Shown: piece by piece, positions 37,801-51,253 of the stretch
How positions within the stretch are numbered: position 1 is the first letter of the stretch
How the letters are laid out: each line of letters begins with the position of its first letter
Origin: Proteromonas lacertae
Lineage: Eukaryota
NCBI GenBank assembly: GCA_002245135.1
Contig: NGBS01000595.1
Coordinates: 1 to 64,000, forward strand
Direction: 5' to 3'
DNA: 64,000 nt
Made by a program: the position numbers and the translations under genes
Notes under the pieces: generated by a model
Databases searched by the model: none
Told to the model about the DNA's origin: nothing
What the model saw: the letters and a program-made list of their open reading frames with translations, nothing else

Positions 37801-38735
37801 ATGTACCTAATAACTCATATTCCTATAAACTCATCAATACTATTAATTAAAACACTTAAATTAGTAGCAGACTACATTCCTATTCCAAAACTCAGTGAAC
37901 ACTTAATTCAAAATTTTATGGATAGAAAGAGACTGTTTTCAACCTCTAAACAATGTGAAGTTTCATCTGCACCACATACAAATATTACTGATTTATGGGA
38001 AAAATTGAATAAATATTGTTGTTCCCCGTTGAGTACAACTCCCCGTTGAGCGATTAGAGACTTTAGAAACAAATTAACTGCAAATTCTTACTTATTTTGA
38101 TGAATAATTGTTACTTTTATACTTACTTTGTCATATAACCGATGTCTGCAAGATACTTTTTTGATAATTTTAGTATTGTATATATGAAACGCATTTATAT
38201 TTATTTTTCGTTTTAGTTTTTCATTCACTACTACAGACTAAAATACATTAACTGAGACGATTAGAATTATTGAACGATAATATATTACTGTCTAAAAAGA
38301 AATGTAAAAAGTTGGCTTGAGTGAGGCTTGTATATATTTTCATTTTTTGGTTTTTAAGAGTCTTCAAATTACAATCTAAGTATTCTAATCATCTCAGTTA
38401 ATGTATTTTAGTCTGTAGTAGTGAATGAAAAACTAAAACGAAAAATAAATATAAATGCGTTTCATATATACAATACTAAAATTATCAAAAAAGTATCTTG
38501 CAGACATCGGTTATATGACAAAGTAAGTATAAAAGTAACAATTATTCATCAAAATAAGTAAGAATTTGCAGATAATTTGTTTCTAAAGTCTCTAATCGCT
38601 CAACGGGGAGTTGTACTCAACGGGGAACAACAAATATCCTATTGAATGTGTATCTAATATGGACGAAACTGGACTATTTTACATAGTTTTGCCTAATACA
38701 TATGTTGTTCCAGAATTAAATAGACAAAATAGACT
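37801..38735 (+). mobile_element. pogo/Tigger transposase remnant interrupted by a MITE
   Basis: CENP-B-like HTH (IPINSSIL...QNF.DR); MITE removal gives KYPIECVSNMDETGLFY..LP in frame. Confidence 0.8.
38017..38632. mobile_element. Foldback MITE family A, TSD AATAT
   Basis: Same ends as 27590-28205; centre in opposite orientation. Confidence 0.93.
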
Positions 38736-38787
38736 TGTTGTCGTCCAGGAAGTAATTTCGGCCAGGAAGAAAAATCTATAAGGTACT

Positions 38788-40020
38788 TGTTGTGCGCCGT
38801 TGAGCCGCTCTCATCATGTAATTACTTTTAAAACAAACTAATATCATTTTTATTTTAGTTATAAAGAGTTATTTACAAATATATAGTTAGTTTGTCATAT
38901 GACCTACATCTGCGATATACTTATTTATTAACTTCATTATTCTCAATATTAAACTAATTATTTTATATTTTCTATTTTAATGTATCAGTCACTGCTATAG
39001 TCTAAAATTCATTATTTGATATGAATAGAATTCACTATTTTTAATGTTAAGCTAGCGAAAAAAGAAAAAAGAAAAAATAAGTTCAAGCCTCGCTCAAGCC
39101 AGCTTTTTAATTTCTTTTTCAAATAAGTTGTTATTAAAATTATTGTAATTTATTCATATCAGATAATGTATTTTAGACTGTAGCAGTGACTGATACATTA
39201 AAATAGAAAATATAAAATAATTAGTTTAATATTGAGAATAATGAAGTTAATAAATAAGTATATCGCAGATGTAGGTCATGTCGCGCGCGATAAAGAAATT
39301 TGCGCGGTAAAGGAAGTAATAAGTTTCCATTAAAGTGAATATGTTAATACTTATTTGGAAGGCCGAGTAAATATAAATATAACATTATTTTGTCTAATAA
39401 ATTACATATGTTGAAATTGTCATCAAGTTTTCAATAAGATTTATATCATCTATTATTAATCTTTGTAATTATTTTATTGGTTAAATCGCTAGAATATATT
39501 AATATATATGTCTTATTAACATATTGATATATATATAGTACCCTTTAAAAAAATATTAAAGAAAAAAGAAAATATGCTCAAGCCTTCTTCAAGCCAATAT
39601 TTTATTTTTTATTTCAAACCATCGTAACATCGATTTTGTTTAATCTTTTCATCAAAGAATTGTTTATTTCAATTTCTTTCAGTGATATATGCAATAAAAA
39701 TAATGTTAAATGATAGAAATAATTAAGATGGATATGAAGTGAATATTTATGAATAATTGAACATAACTATTGTATATGACTGTTATAAGACAAAATGATT
39801 ATATATTCATGCATAGCGTAATGACATTAACAATTATATTATATTAGATCTAAATATAAACAATTACTTCCTTTATCGCTCAAATTTCTTTATCGCGCAC
39901 GACAGGTCATATGACAAACTAACTATATATTTGTAAATAACTCTTTATAACTAAGATAAAAATGATATTAGTTTGTTTTAAAAGTAATTGTATTATGAGA
40001 GCGCTCAACGGCACACAACA
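38788..40020. mobile_element. Foldback MITE family B, TSD GTACT, carrying a nested element
   Basis: TGTTGTGCGCCGTTGAG...CTCAACGGCACACAACA; inserted 52 bp inside another TGTTGT end at 38736. Confidence 0.9.
39279..39904. mobile_element. Nested MITE family C, TSD GGTCA
   Basis: TGTCGCGCGCGATAAAGAAATTTG...CAAATTTCTTTATCGCGCACGACA. Confidence 0.9.
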
Positions 40021-41469
40021 GTACTTACAATTAATTAATATGATATTATTATTACATAAAGAGAGTTATTTACAAATATATATAAAGAATGACAATTTGA
40101 AAATAAACCAGTATCAAATCCATGGTTTTACTTCGTGGCGAATTTGATGAAAATCATTCGCCATTTAATGCTAAGAAGGATAAATCCAATGAAATTTGGT
40201 ATAGTAACTACGGGAAGTTTGGGTTTAGACGCGTGTTCAAAATTTGAACTCGCCTAATCTAGTTAGAGTTTGACTCTAATATTTTATATTACTTGACTAT
40301 AATTGCTTAATTAAGAGATTCTGAGAAGATGGTAGGGATAGCACAACTTTTTTTTGGTCTAATTTCACGATCTTTTAATGATTTGAGCATTTTTAATCCC
40401 AACCTATTGTACATAATAACTGTACACAGGATCTCCAGTTTTCTTATTAAATATCTTACTATTAGATGAGAATGCTCAAAATATAATGTGTGATAACACA
40501 AGCTCAGCTTGAATATTTTTTTATATTTTATAAAATTTGAGCACCTGCCTCCTATAGGAAGCTAGGGCTTATTTTTGTTAATTAATTAATAAATACTATT
40601 ATTTTTTAAACTGTTTGACTTATTTACTATCTGAATAACTATCTTAAGCTCTATTTCAATCGTTTATCCAATAAAAACAATTTAACTAAGTCATTAAGAC
40701 ATATTTATTTATAACTAACTAATAATTGAACATTTTTCTTAAAATACAAATCATTCAACTAAATTTTGGCAATCTTGTATCTATTCGAGGAAGTCAACAT
40801 ATTTTACATTTCCATAGCTTCTATTATTGTTAAATTATCACCTTCTTGAACATAATTTACTTACATTTATTAAACTACTAGCCATTGGATAAGTTAAGAA
40901 TTTAGAATCATCTACTTCTCGTTTTATAATCATGAATTTTGATAATTTGCTTTCTAAAGCATTTCTTATACCTACAAAGAAGTTATCTCTATTGAATTGT
41001 AATTGATATACTTCTACTAATCTTTTCATATATTATAAAGCTACTTCTTTTATATTCAATTTACCTCTCACGATTTAGCTTTGAATATCTAGCTTTTACA
41101 ACCATTCTTTGAAATTTCTCAGGTGTAAGAAGACCTTTATCATTTGTAATTGTGATCTTATTAAAAAATTAAATATTTCGTTTTCTTTCATTATCTCTTT
41201 ATTAAATTCATTCAAACTCAATCGTTTTAAACTCATTCCAATAATAATCATCACTAGTAAATTTATCTAAACGTTAATTCTACCTATTGTTAATCTTGAA
41301 CTAGTTATTGTAGATAAATTGTAACTGAACCAGGAACATCAATAGGTCAATAGAAAAAACTAGCATCAACTATCAATAACTGAGCATATAAATAAGCAAA
41401 TTTAAATATTCACAATTATTCTTCTTTTGATGAATGCTTTGTTGGGAATGTTTAAACTAACAAACATAA

Positions 41470-41975
41470 TTCATAGGTAATTGAACATTTCCAAATGCAG
41501 AAGCAACTGGGATATACTTTAAATACTTACAATTTGAACAACGAATTGCGACTTTGATGGCTTTTGGTCTTTAAAGAGATGCACTGATTATAAGTCCTGA
41601 TATACTGACTAGCTTGTTCACATGATTTGCCTATTATATATGTACATTTAACTCATTTTCTACTACCCTTTGAGCTGCAATTTCAAACTATTGATAAGTA
41701 ATAATAATTGTTTAATGTACTTGTGGTAAATAACAATTTGTCTCTCTTTGTAATACATCAAGTAAAACATTGTTGAATATTCCTAGATGAACTAAATTAA
41801 TTTCTACAAAATATTCACCTCTGTTGAAATTTTCCAATAATGATTTTCTAATGATAAGAATAATCAATATATTTATATATACCTGTAGATATAAATATTG
41901 TTTTCACTATAATCTCTTTAAAACTCTTGAAACTTTGTTTGAGCTTGTAAAGGTTCTAAAGCAGACGATTCACCA
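41470..41975 (-). pseudogene. MCM5: Captured MCM5 5' fragment, intron-containing
   Basis: TKFQEF*RDY..IYIYR|KSLLENFNRGEYFVEINL.HL..F; ANHVNKLVSISGLIISAS..RPKAIKVAIRCSNC. Confidence 0.75.
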
Positions 41976-42067
41976 TTAAAAATCTTTCATAAAGATAACA
42001 AGCCTTCAAACTTTTTACCACTTTGTTTATTAATATTTCTTGAATTTAAAATTCTGGAAAGAAAATA

Positions 42068-42705
42068 ACGGGATGTACGGGTTCTAGCCCTGTAGTAGTT
42101 CCAAATATTTTTGAATCTGAGGTAGAAATAAAAACAGTGAAGTTAAATATACATGAAAAAGCTTTTAAAAACCAAAATGGTGGAAGTCAACAGAATTCAT
42201 CTCGAAACCAACCATTGTCATCTAATAATATAATAAAACCTTCAGTTAGACCAATTGGTCAATCTGTTGTAGGTGGTAGGCATACACATCAATCAATAGG
42301 ATCAGTTGGTATGTCTTATTGTTCTGAAGAGTGTGATAATCCTGAAGTTTATGATTGGCTTACAAACGAATCACCTCGAAATTCCACAACCTCTCATGAA
42401 AGAGAAGCTCGAAAAAATGTCAAAAAGCATAGTACAATACTTGTGATATAAGTGAAAATATTCATGCAAAATTAAAACGTCATGTAACAATCGATAAGCC
42501 TATGGAGCAAACTAATTTATTAAAGTTACAAGTAGATCAAAGTGGTAATGGACATATCAATCAATATAAAATAATAAAGAAATTAGTTGAATTATGTGAA
42601 GATCCATCAAAGAATCAATATGCAATAAAAATATTAAACAAATCAATTAAAACAGGTAGTATAAGTCCATTGAGTGATATTTGGGCAATGGGAATTTCAC
42701 TATAA
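42068..42705 (+). pseudogene. Captured, internally deleted CaMKK-like kinase fragment
   Basis: ACG-GGA-TGT (likely former MGC start), HINQYKIIKKL, YAIKILNK, DIWAMGISL. Confidence 0.7.
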
Positions 42706-42908
42706 TATAGGAATGTGTGCTTGTTAAAGTAATAATTGAGACTTGTTTATTGAACAGAAAAGAAATTATAGTGATTTAAAAAGGTTTTTTGAAGAGATGA
42801 TTTAACAAAGTAAAAGTTATACAAAGTAAAAGAATTAGCTTTTGAATATATGAAAGGATTAATAGAAGTTAATTAATTACAATTAATATCAAAATTTCAG
42901 TTAATAAT

Positions 42909-43115
42909 ACTCAAGTATTTAGTACATACAGTGATTAACAACTCGATGTGTTAATTCAAGTGTTTGAAGGTGAAGAATCTATGACAATATATAATAACTA
43001 ATAATGCTTTGAATGTAAGTGTTGTAAAAGAGAGTATTGGTAAAGCTAATAAGATCACAATTACAAATGATAAAGGTCTTCTTACACCTGAGAAATTTTA
43101 AAGAATGGTTGTAAA
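42909..43115 (+). pseudogene. HSP70: Captured cytosolic HSP70 substrate-binding-domain fragment
   Basis: TQVFSTYSD*Q.DVLIQVFEGE.SMT; LNVS.V..S.GKANKITITNDKG...RMV. Confidence 0.85.
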
Positions 43116-44519
43116 AGAAGTAGCTTTATAATATATGAAAAGATTAGTAGAAGTATATCAATTACAATTCAATAGAGATAACTTCTTTGTAGGTATAAGA
43201 AATGCTTTAGAAAGCAAATTATCAAAATTCATGATTATAAAACGAGAAGTAGATGATTCTAAATTCTTAACTTATCCAATGGCTAGTAGTTTAATAAATG
43301 TAAGTAAATTATGTTCAAGAAGGTGATAATTTAACAATAATAGAAGCTATGGAAATGTAAAATATGTTGACTTCCTCGAATAGATACAAGATTGCCAAAA
43401 TTTAGTTGAATGATTTGTATTTTAAGAAAAATGTTCAATTATTAGTTAGTTATAAATAAATATGTCTTAATGACTTAGTTAAATTGTTTTTATGGGATAA
43501 ACGATTGAAATAGAGCTTAAGATAGTTATTCAGATAGTAAATAAGTCAAACAGTTTAAAAAATAATAGTATTTATTAATTAATTAACAAAAATAAGCCCT
43601 AGCTTCCTATAGGAGGCAGGTGCTCAAATTTTATAAAATATAAAAAAATATTCAAGCTGAGCTTGTGTTATCACACATTATATTTTGAGCATTCTCATCT
43701 AATAGTAAGATATTTAATAAGAAAACTGGAGATCCTGTGTACAGTTATTATGTACAATAGGTTGGGATTAAAAATGCTCAAATCATTAAAAGATCGTGAA
43801 ATTAGACCAAAAAAAAGTTGTGCTATCCCTACCATCTTCTCAGAATCTCTTAATTAAGCAATTATAGTCAAGTAATATAAAATATTAGAGTCAAACTCTA
43901 ACTAGATTAGGCGAGTTCAAATTTTGAACACGCGTCTAAACCCAAACTTCCCAGTAACTGCGCATTATATGATCTATAAAAATTAACAATATGATTTAAA
44001 AGAATGTCCACTTTATCTACAATAACATCTAAATATGTGTGATTTAATTGCTTAAACTAATGTATTTTTAAAAATAGAATTATAATTGTTTTCAATATGT
44101 TGGAATAAAGTTCAAAAAAATATATATCGCAGATGTAGCTTATATGACAAAGTAAGATTATATTTGCATATAACTCGCCATCAAACCACATGCTATCATT
44201 TTAGAATTGAAAAAAGTCTTCTTAACGCTCAACGGCGCATTTAGCTCAAAGGCGCACAACAATAATAAACGAAAACCCTCTTAAAACCCCATCTTCAATC
44301 TATTGAGCATGTGCTTAATTTACAACTTTTCCTATTTTGTTTATTCATTAAAAATACATATATGTGGAATATAACACAAATCAGATTTTGATGTTCTGGC
44401 TGTATACATTGATTTATTTTTCATTTATATTGTAAATAAAACATCAACAACATAATAAATGTGTGAAGCATAAAATTACAACAGAAAACTTCAAAAATAT
44501 TACATAATTCATTAAATGT

Positions 44520-45157
44520 TGTTGTGCGCCTTTTGTCATAGTTGGCCGTTTGTCTACCAGACACTTTAAAAACAAACTAAATGTATATTCTTACTTGTCT
44601 TGATGAAAAATCGTTACTTTTATACTTACTTTGTTATATGACCTACCTCTGCAGTGTACTTTTTTGTTAATATAAATAGTTTGAATATTTGCGCCGTTTG
44701 TTTTCTAGAAATTTTTGAAGCAAACTGAATTCATATTTAGCTAATATAGACTAAAATACATTAGCTGAAATGATTAGAATATAATAATTATTAAATCTTC
44801 CTATATAAAAAAAGAAATGCAAAATATAGGCTTGAGAGAGGCTTGATTCTATATTTTCTTTTTTCATTTTAAATGTCTTATGATCAACATTAAGTTGTTC
44901 TAATCATTTTAACTAATGTATTTTAGTCTATATTAGTTAAATATACATTTAGTTTGCTTCAAAAATTTCTAGAAAACAAACGGCGCAAATATTCAAACTA
45001 TTTATATTAACAAAAAAGTACACTGCAGAGGTAGGTCATATAACAAAGTAAGTATAAAAGTAACGATTTTTCATCAAGACAAGTAAGAATATACATTTAG
45101 TTTGTTTTTAAAGTGTCTGGTAGACAAACGGCCAACTATGACAAACGGCGCACAACA
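44520..45157. mobile_element. Foldback MITE family F, TSD AATGT
   Basis: TGTTGTGCGCC...GGCGCACAACA with long inverted arms. Confidence 0.93.
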
Positions 45158-45459
45158 AATGTTCTTTCCATTCTTTATATTCTCTATCTTTTATATTTTC
45201 ATAAACTATAGGTAAATGAATATCTTGTGTTATTCTTTACACACTATCTAACAAACTGCTGTTATAACTATAGTTTATTAAAATATACCACATCTCGTTA
45301 TATATAACGAGATAATTAAAATACAAAAAATAAAGCAATTTTATTGGTTATACTTGGAGCAATTTGATTGGCTGTTTCATTCAATTTATTTTATGTTTAT
45401 ATTTCAATTGTCAGTCAAATTGATGTATTTATTATTATTTATTCTTATTAGTTAGATAA

Positions 45460-48400
45460 ATGACTGATTTAATAAGCTATTTGAAGCAACACAAGAAGAA
45501 TTATTGTATATACCATGAACAAGTTAAAGCTGGAGAGTATTTAATTAAAATTAAAATTGATTGTGAAGTTGACAAATTTATCATTGGCTTTTCCAAATGT
45601 GAAAATATGGTATCTTGTGATAAAGTGGTAATAATAACCAAAATACCATTGTCATCAAAAGAGAATAATGTAATTGAAGTTATAGACACTGAAATGAAAG
45701 TAAATAAAAAGTATGACATAATTTATGACATGGATAAGAGGGAAATGTTAATTGAATTTGGAGATATAAATGAAACAGTGTGCTTAAAAGAATTACCAAC
45801 TTCAATTTACCCATTAATTGCTTGGTTTAATGAAGGTGAAAAGATTCAGATAGTGAAAACTTACTATAGATGTGTGAGGAAAGCAGAAAGTTTAGATATT
45901 GGTATAACAAAGAAACCAAGAACAGAAAGTAAAGATATCAAAGAATATGTAAAAGAAACGATTGATTATCTGTTAGATGTATTAAAGAATAAGAAAGAAT
46001 GTAATACTGATGAAATAAAGAATGTAATAAGTTCAAAATTTAAATTAGATAAAAAACAAGAAACATATTTAGCCAAAAGTGATGTAAGTGATTTGATAAT
46101 ATTATTAAGGTGCTTAAATGATGGTAATGCAGAATATCTAAATCCTCCCGATAGTTTTGTGAGAATAGTGAATAATTTGAAAATAGCTGTTGAATCTGGG
46201 GAAATAAAGAAATATTTAGAGTTTACAGAAGCAAATGTACAAGTTTTCCAATTCCCCAAGAATTTAATTTATATAAGAGATTGTTACTATACAATGTTTC
46301 GAGATATATGTAAATGCGTATCAACAAATACAATATCGAAAATAATCATTACAGGTCAGCCAGGTATTGGCAAAACCTCTTTTATATATGTGCTTTTATT
46401 CTTTCTTAAAAATCATTTATCATATCAATTTAATCCAAAAGAAGCAAATTATTTGAAGAGAGAATATTTGAAAGAAGAAATGAATAATATTAGAGGTTTC
46501 CTGAATGAATTAAATAATGAAAAGGCAAAAGAAAAACAACCATTACAGTCTGAAAAGGAAGAACTTGAAAAAAAAATAAAACATAGTGATGAAGAGATTA
46601 ATGGTTATTATAAAGATATAGAAAAAGAGATTGATAGATTTAAAACAATAGGTAAAGATAGTGATGAAGATTTATACACTAAAGAAGAAAAAAGTAGTAA
46701 ATATATATTAAAAATATTTGATAAGGAAACAGTAATTATAGGAAATAATAAAGTAGTAATGGATAGTAGAGGGAGGTATGGTTTAAACATTGAAAAAGTA
46801 AATAAGAAACTTACAGATGAAAATAAATTTCCATTATTAGAGGTATTTGAATCTGAGAATAGTATTATATGTAAAAGAGTAATAACTGATAGAATATTAG
46901 TTAGATGTGATAATATAGACAGTGAGAAAACATCAAAAAGTATATATCAAAACAGAATAATAGAAATTGAAAATGAAATTAAAATAATTGAAGATAGATA
47001 TAATGATATGAAAACAGATTTGCCAAAGAAATTAAAAGAAATAGAAGATAATGTTGAAAAAATTAAAGATGTATCTGAAGTAGATATAAATGCTTTAGGT
47101 GTTGGATTTAATTACTATATTTTCGAAGCATGTAAAAAGATAAAAAATATATACTTTATTAAAGGCAAGAAAGATGGAAATCCATTACTAACTAGAATCT
47201 ACAAATTAGAAAATATCAATGGGAATTATATTCTATTTAACAGTTCAATTGACCCAATCAATATTATAAATTCCTTAATTATAGTTGATACTTTTAACTT
47301 CGAATTTGATCCAAGTAATATAATAATTTCAATCAGTTCTCCTGATAAAAATAATAATGATGTATATAAAGTAAAGCATAATAAAGAATTATTCTTTGAT
47401 TCTTTAAATAATACGGAAATAGTAGAATGGTTTAAACATTGTGTTGGTTTTAATGTTAATGTTGATAGTGATGAATTTAAAGGAATATGTAAAAAGTATG
47501 GTTATATACCTAGACAAATATATTACCATTATTTATATAAAGAAAACCATAATGGTGATTATTGGGAATATTATAAACAGTTGATAGAAAGTGTAGTAGG
47601 AACAACAGGTTATATTCAGTTTGTAAATGATTATATGGGAAAAGAAAAATTAAAAGAAAATCAATTATCTAACATAATATTAAAATATGATTTAATATCA
47701 GAATGGGATGATAAAGTTAAGCATAAAATATTAAAACCAAAGAAATATTTAAAATTCATTTCTGAAGATGTAGAAAGATATATAGTTTATAAATTTAATC
47801 CACCTAAAGATGAAGAAGAATATCACAAGATAGAAAAATATTATTCATTAATTAAAGATGATGTAAATATGAGAAGAATGGGATTAAAACAGATTATGGC
47901 ATATGAATTAAGTACTGGTATGATAATGTTGAAATATCAAGATTCTAGTGGAAGTGATATTATTATTAAAGATCCTAATTTCAAAATCAATTCTGAATTA
48001 TTTATTCCAGCTTATCATCCTCCAAAAGCATTACATTCAGTGTTTTATATATTAGATGAAAATAATGAGTTTGATTTGATAATGAATGGAGTGTTTATAA
48101 AAGTATTATTAGATAATGAAGGTTATAATAAAGTAGAAAAAATAGAAAAGATAAAAGAATCTATCAAAGTATGAATATTATATATATATTTAATAAAATA
48201 GAAATATAGCAAAAAGAAAAATTGTGTATTTAAGTGTTGTATAATACAAAATAAAAAATTACATCCATTTGATATGGATATGAGAGATTCATCACAATTA
48301 GGTGTAGAAGGTGAAGGAGAAGAAGTAGAAGATGATGAACAGTTGCAACAACAAGAACAACAGCTATTATTACCTCAACCAACAGTTGATCCAAATATGA

Positions 48401-49881
48401 AAGTATATATAAATAGTAGCAGTATTTATTTGATGAGAGATTGTTATGAAAGAATGTTAAACAGAATTATTTCTGATATTAATAATCCACAATATAATCA
48501 TCAAAGAAATTATTTAATATTTGGACATGCAAAAATAGGTAAAACAATATTAGCTAATATAATTAAAGAAAATATTATAATTAATTGTCCTGGTGTTGAT
48601 GTAGTACCTTTACGTAATTCTTTAAATCCTTCAGAACAAGAAAGAGATTATGATAATAAAAGAAATCCAATTGTAATATCCGATGGAATTGTTATTGGTG
48701 AAGATGATTATGCTAATGCAAAAATGATAATATTATTAGCTAATCCATCTAAAGAAGAGTATAAAACATTCCAAAGTAAAAGATGTCCATCAATAATGTA
48801 TATTCCTCAATTTACAAAAGAAGAAATAGAGAAAGTGGTAATGCTAGAAGATCCTACACTAGACAAAAGTCATAATGGATTTACAATGTATGGAAGTGTA
48901 ACAAAAATTGAAGAGGATAGAATTAACAATTATGAAGAATTGATTAATGATTATAATAATACAATAACAGAATATAAAATGAAATATCCAATTTATAAAG
49001 GTGTTATTGGATATTATGATATATCCAATTTTGATATTGATTTTAGATCTGCAATTGTTATGGAAGAGAATAAGAGAATGATATGGGAGATAATAAAAGG
49101 AATAGATAAATCTCCATTTTCAAAAGGCAAATATGATAATATATTGATATATGATACAAATGAAGATGAAAATGGTATTTTTAAATCCAATCATATTACA
49201 TTCATATCTGAAGAAATAAAAAAGATGGCATGTGAAATACTTTATGAAATAAATTCAGATGAAGGATGTGAAAAGATGATAGATACACTCCTAGAAAATC
49301 CAGAAGGAAGTATAGCAGGATCATTGTATGAAAGAATCATATTATATTTAATGAAGCATAGTGATCCTTTTTATAAAAGAATGGTTAATGATATTAATAA
49401 TTATTATTCAGATAGTACAGTAACATATAAGTTGTTTACTGAAAAGGAAAATGTTCAAATATCAAATGAAAATCAATTTTGTGATGTAATAGGTAGATTA
49501 AAAACTAATTATGCTGATAAAAGAAAATCTCCAATTATACCCTTGAGTTATAATCCCAGTTTCCCAGATATTGATTTAATACTAGCTGGATATGGAATTC
49601 AAATTACAGTCAGTAAAAGACATACCTTATCACCATCAATGATAATGATACTTCAAAATCTATTACAAGTTTATAAAAGCGGTTATAGCAAGAATAGTTT
49701 TAAAGAAACTGAAGATAATTCACCATATGGTTTATTATATGTAAGTCCAAATTACGAAGTGGATATTGTTTGTAAGCCAAAATATCTATTTCCACAATGT
49801 TTTATAGATATGATTTATAAACCTACAATATGTATTACATTTGATGAGTTGAAAACCTTCTTAAACCATTTTCATATTTAG
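45460..49881 (+). CDS. Crinkler/RHS-type protein: SPRY-like header, two P-loop NTPase modules, C-terminal REase (about 1462 aa; 33-nt intron 48169-48201)
   Basis: YIRDCY..IITGQPGIGKT; LMRDCY..IFGHAKIGKT; GSLYE; PSFPDID...IQITVSKRH; the intron fuses the two ORFs in frame. Confidence 0.75.
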
Positions 49882-51253
49882 AAGTGGTTAAAAATAAAGA
49901 ATGTTTATTATTGTTTTTATTAATTAATGTCTACAAATGTTTCTTATTATTATATTATATAAGTAAAAGTCGATATAATTTTTTTAAATTTTCTTTTTTT
50001 TATTTGGTTTATTTTTCGTTTCTAGATTTCCTAACTACGATTTCCTCGAGCTTAACTCTTCCAAGAAAAGTTCATCTACAGAACCGAGGGAACTAATTGT
50101 AAAGACAAGGATGGTTCTACGATTCCTTTAAAGGTTACTTTAAATGATCTTAACTTTCACTACTTATCATTTCCTATGAACTCTTTCAATCAACCAGCTA
50201 TGCAACAAGTTCCTTACCCAGCAATGCCTGCTCCTATGACAGCTCCTTCTTTCAATCCAGCTTTAGTGTTACCAATGATGAACCAACCCGTAATATCCCA
50301 ACCAGTGGTGATGATGTCTCCATCGGCTCCTTCAAATTCCTTTGCATTTCCCGTAGCTGCCCAATAACAACAACAATTATGTTGTGCGCCGTTGAGCTAA
50401 ATGCGCCGTTGAGCGTTAAGAAGACTTTTTTCAATTCTAATATCATAAACGTAACCTCTGGCCCTTCAATATTACTTAACAACTACTTAATAATTTTAAG
50501 ATTAATTGTAATTTTCAAAATAGACTTGAATGAATAGTATAGAATTCCTATATATAATTTAAATTCTATTTTGAACTAATCATTATAACTAAAAAATAGT
50601 TTTTGGTGCGAAAACCAATTAAGCTAGCTCGCGCCAAATTATTAAAACTCGCTAGTTTTTAAAAATAATTCAAATTTTAGACAGAAACCTCGCGAAATTT
50701 AAAAATTCAAAAATTCAAATTTTTAAATTTGCCTAAAATGCCGTTTCATTATTTTCATAAATGACGAAACACAATAATTCTGAAACGGTTCTTCAATTTC
50801 ATTTCGGACAAGCCAAATAATTATTTTCAAAATGAATTTGCAAGCCAATTTCTTATTTTTCAAAATAAATTGAAGTTTGATGCACAAACCAACCGTTCAA
50901 GTCAAACCTCGTCAAAATAGATTTGAATATTTAATAATTCAAATTTTTGAATTTTCTAAGAAATTTCTTCATATTCTATTTTTGGCACAACGATTGAGAT
51001 TTTATCTTCAATTGACATTGTACAAAATGAATCGTCACATATACTTTATTTTAGGCACTTATTTAGTCTAACGGTTTAACCGTTGCTATTTAAATGATGA
51101 AAACGTGTTCGAATCTCAATAATGAGTTTTATTTTCTTTATAGTATTTGTACAGTGCCAGAGCGAGCATATAGAGTATAAATACTAATACAGAGAGTAAA
51201 ATTGTCATAATATCGTTCCCCATAAGAAAATTTTAAATCAATTAACAAAATAA

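Larger units (their letters stand above)
40212..43952. mobile_element. Pack-MULE-like element with ~0.9-kb TIRs and 9-bp TSD
   Basis: GGGAAGTTTGGG...CCCAAACTTCCC; flanks AGTAACTAC / AGTAACTGC; arms 40212-41163 and 43047-43952. Confidence 0.85.

Noticed and set aside
40307..41029. Identical 63-64 aa ORFs at 40307/43663 and 40838/43135 as duplicated genes
   Set aside because: By-product of the TIRs; no recognisable motifs
44261..50380. Composite transposon carrying the Crinkler-like gene between two MITE ends
   Set aside because: The ends face away from the gene and the flanks (ATAAT vs AATTA) do not form a TSD
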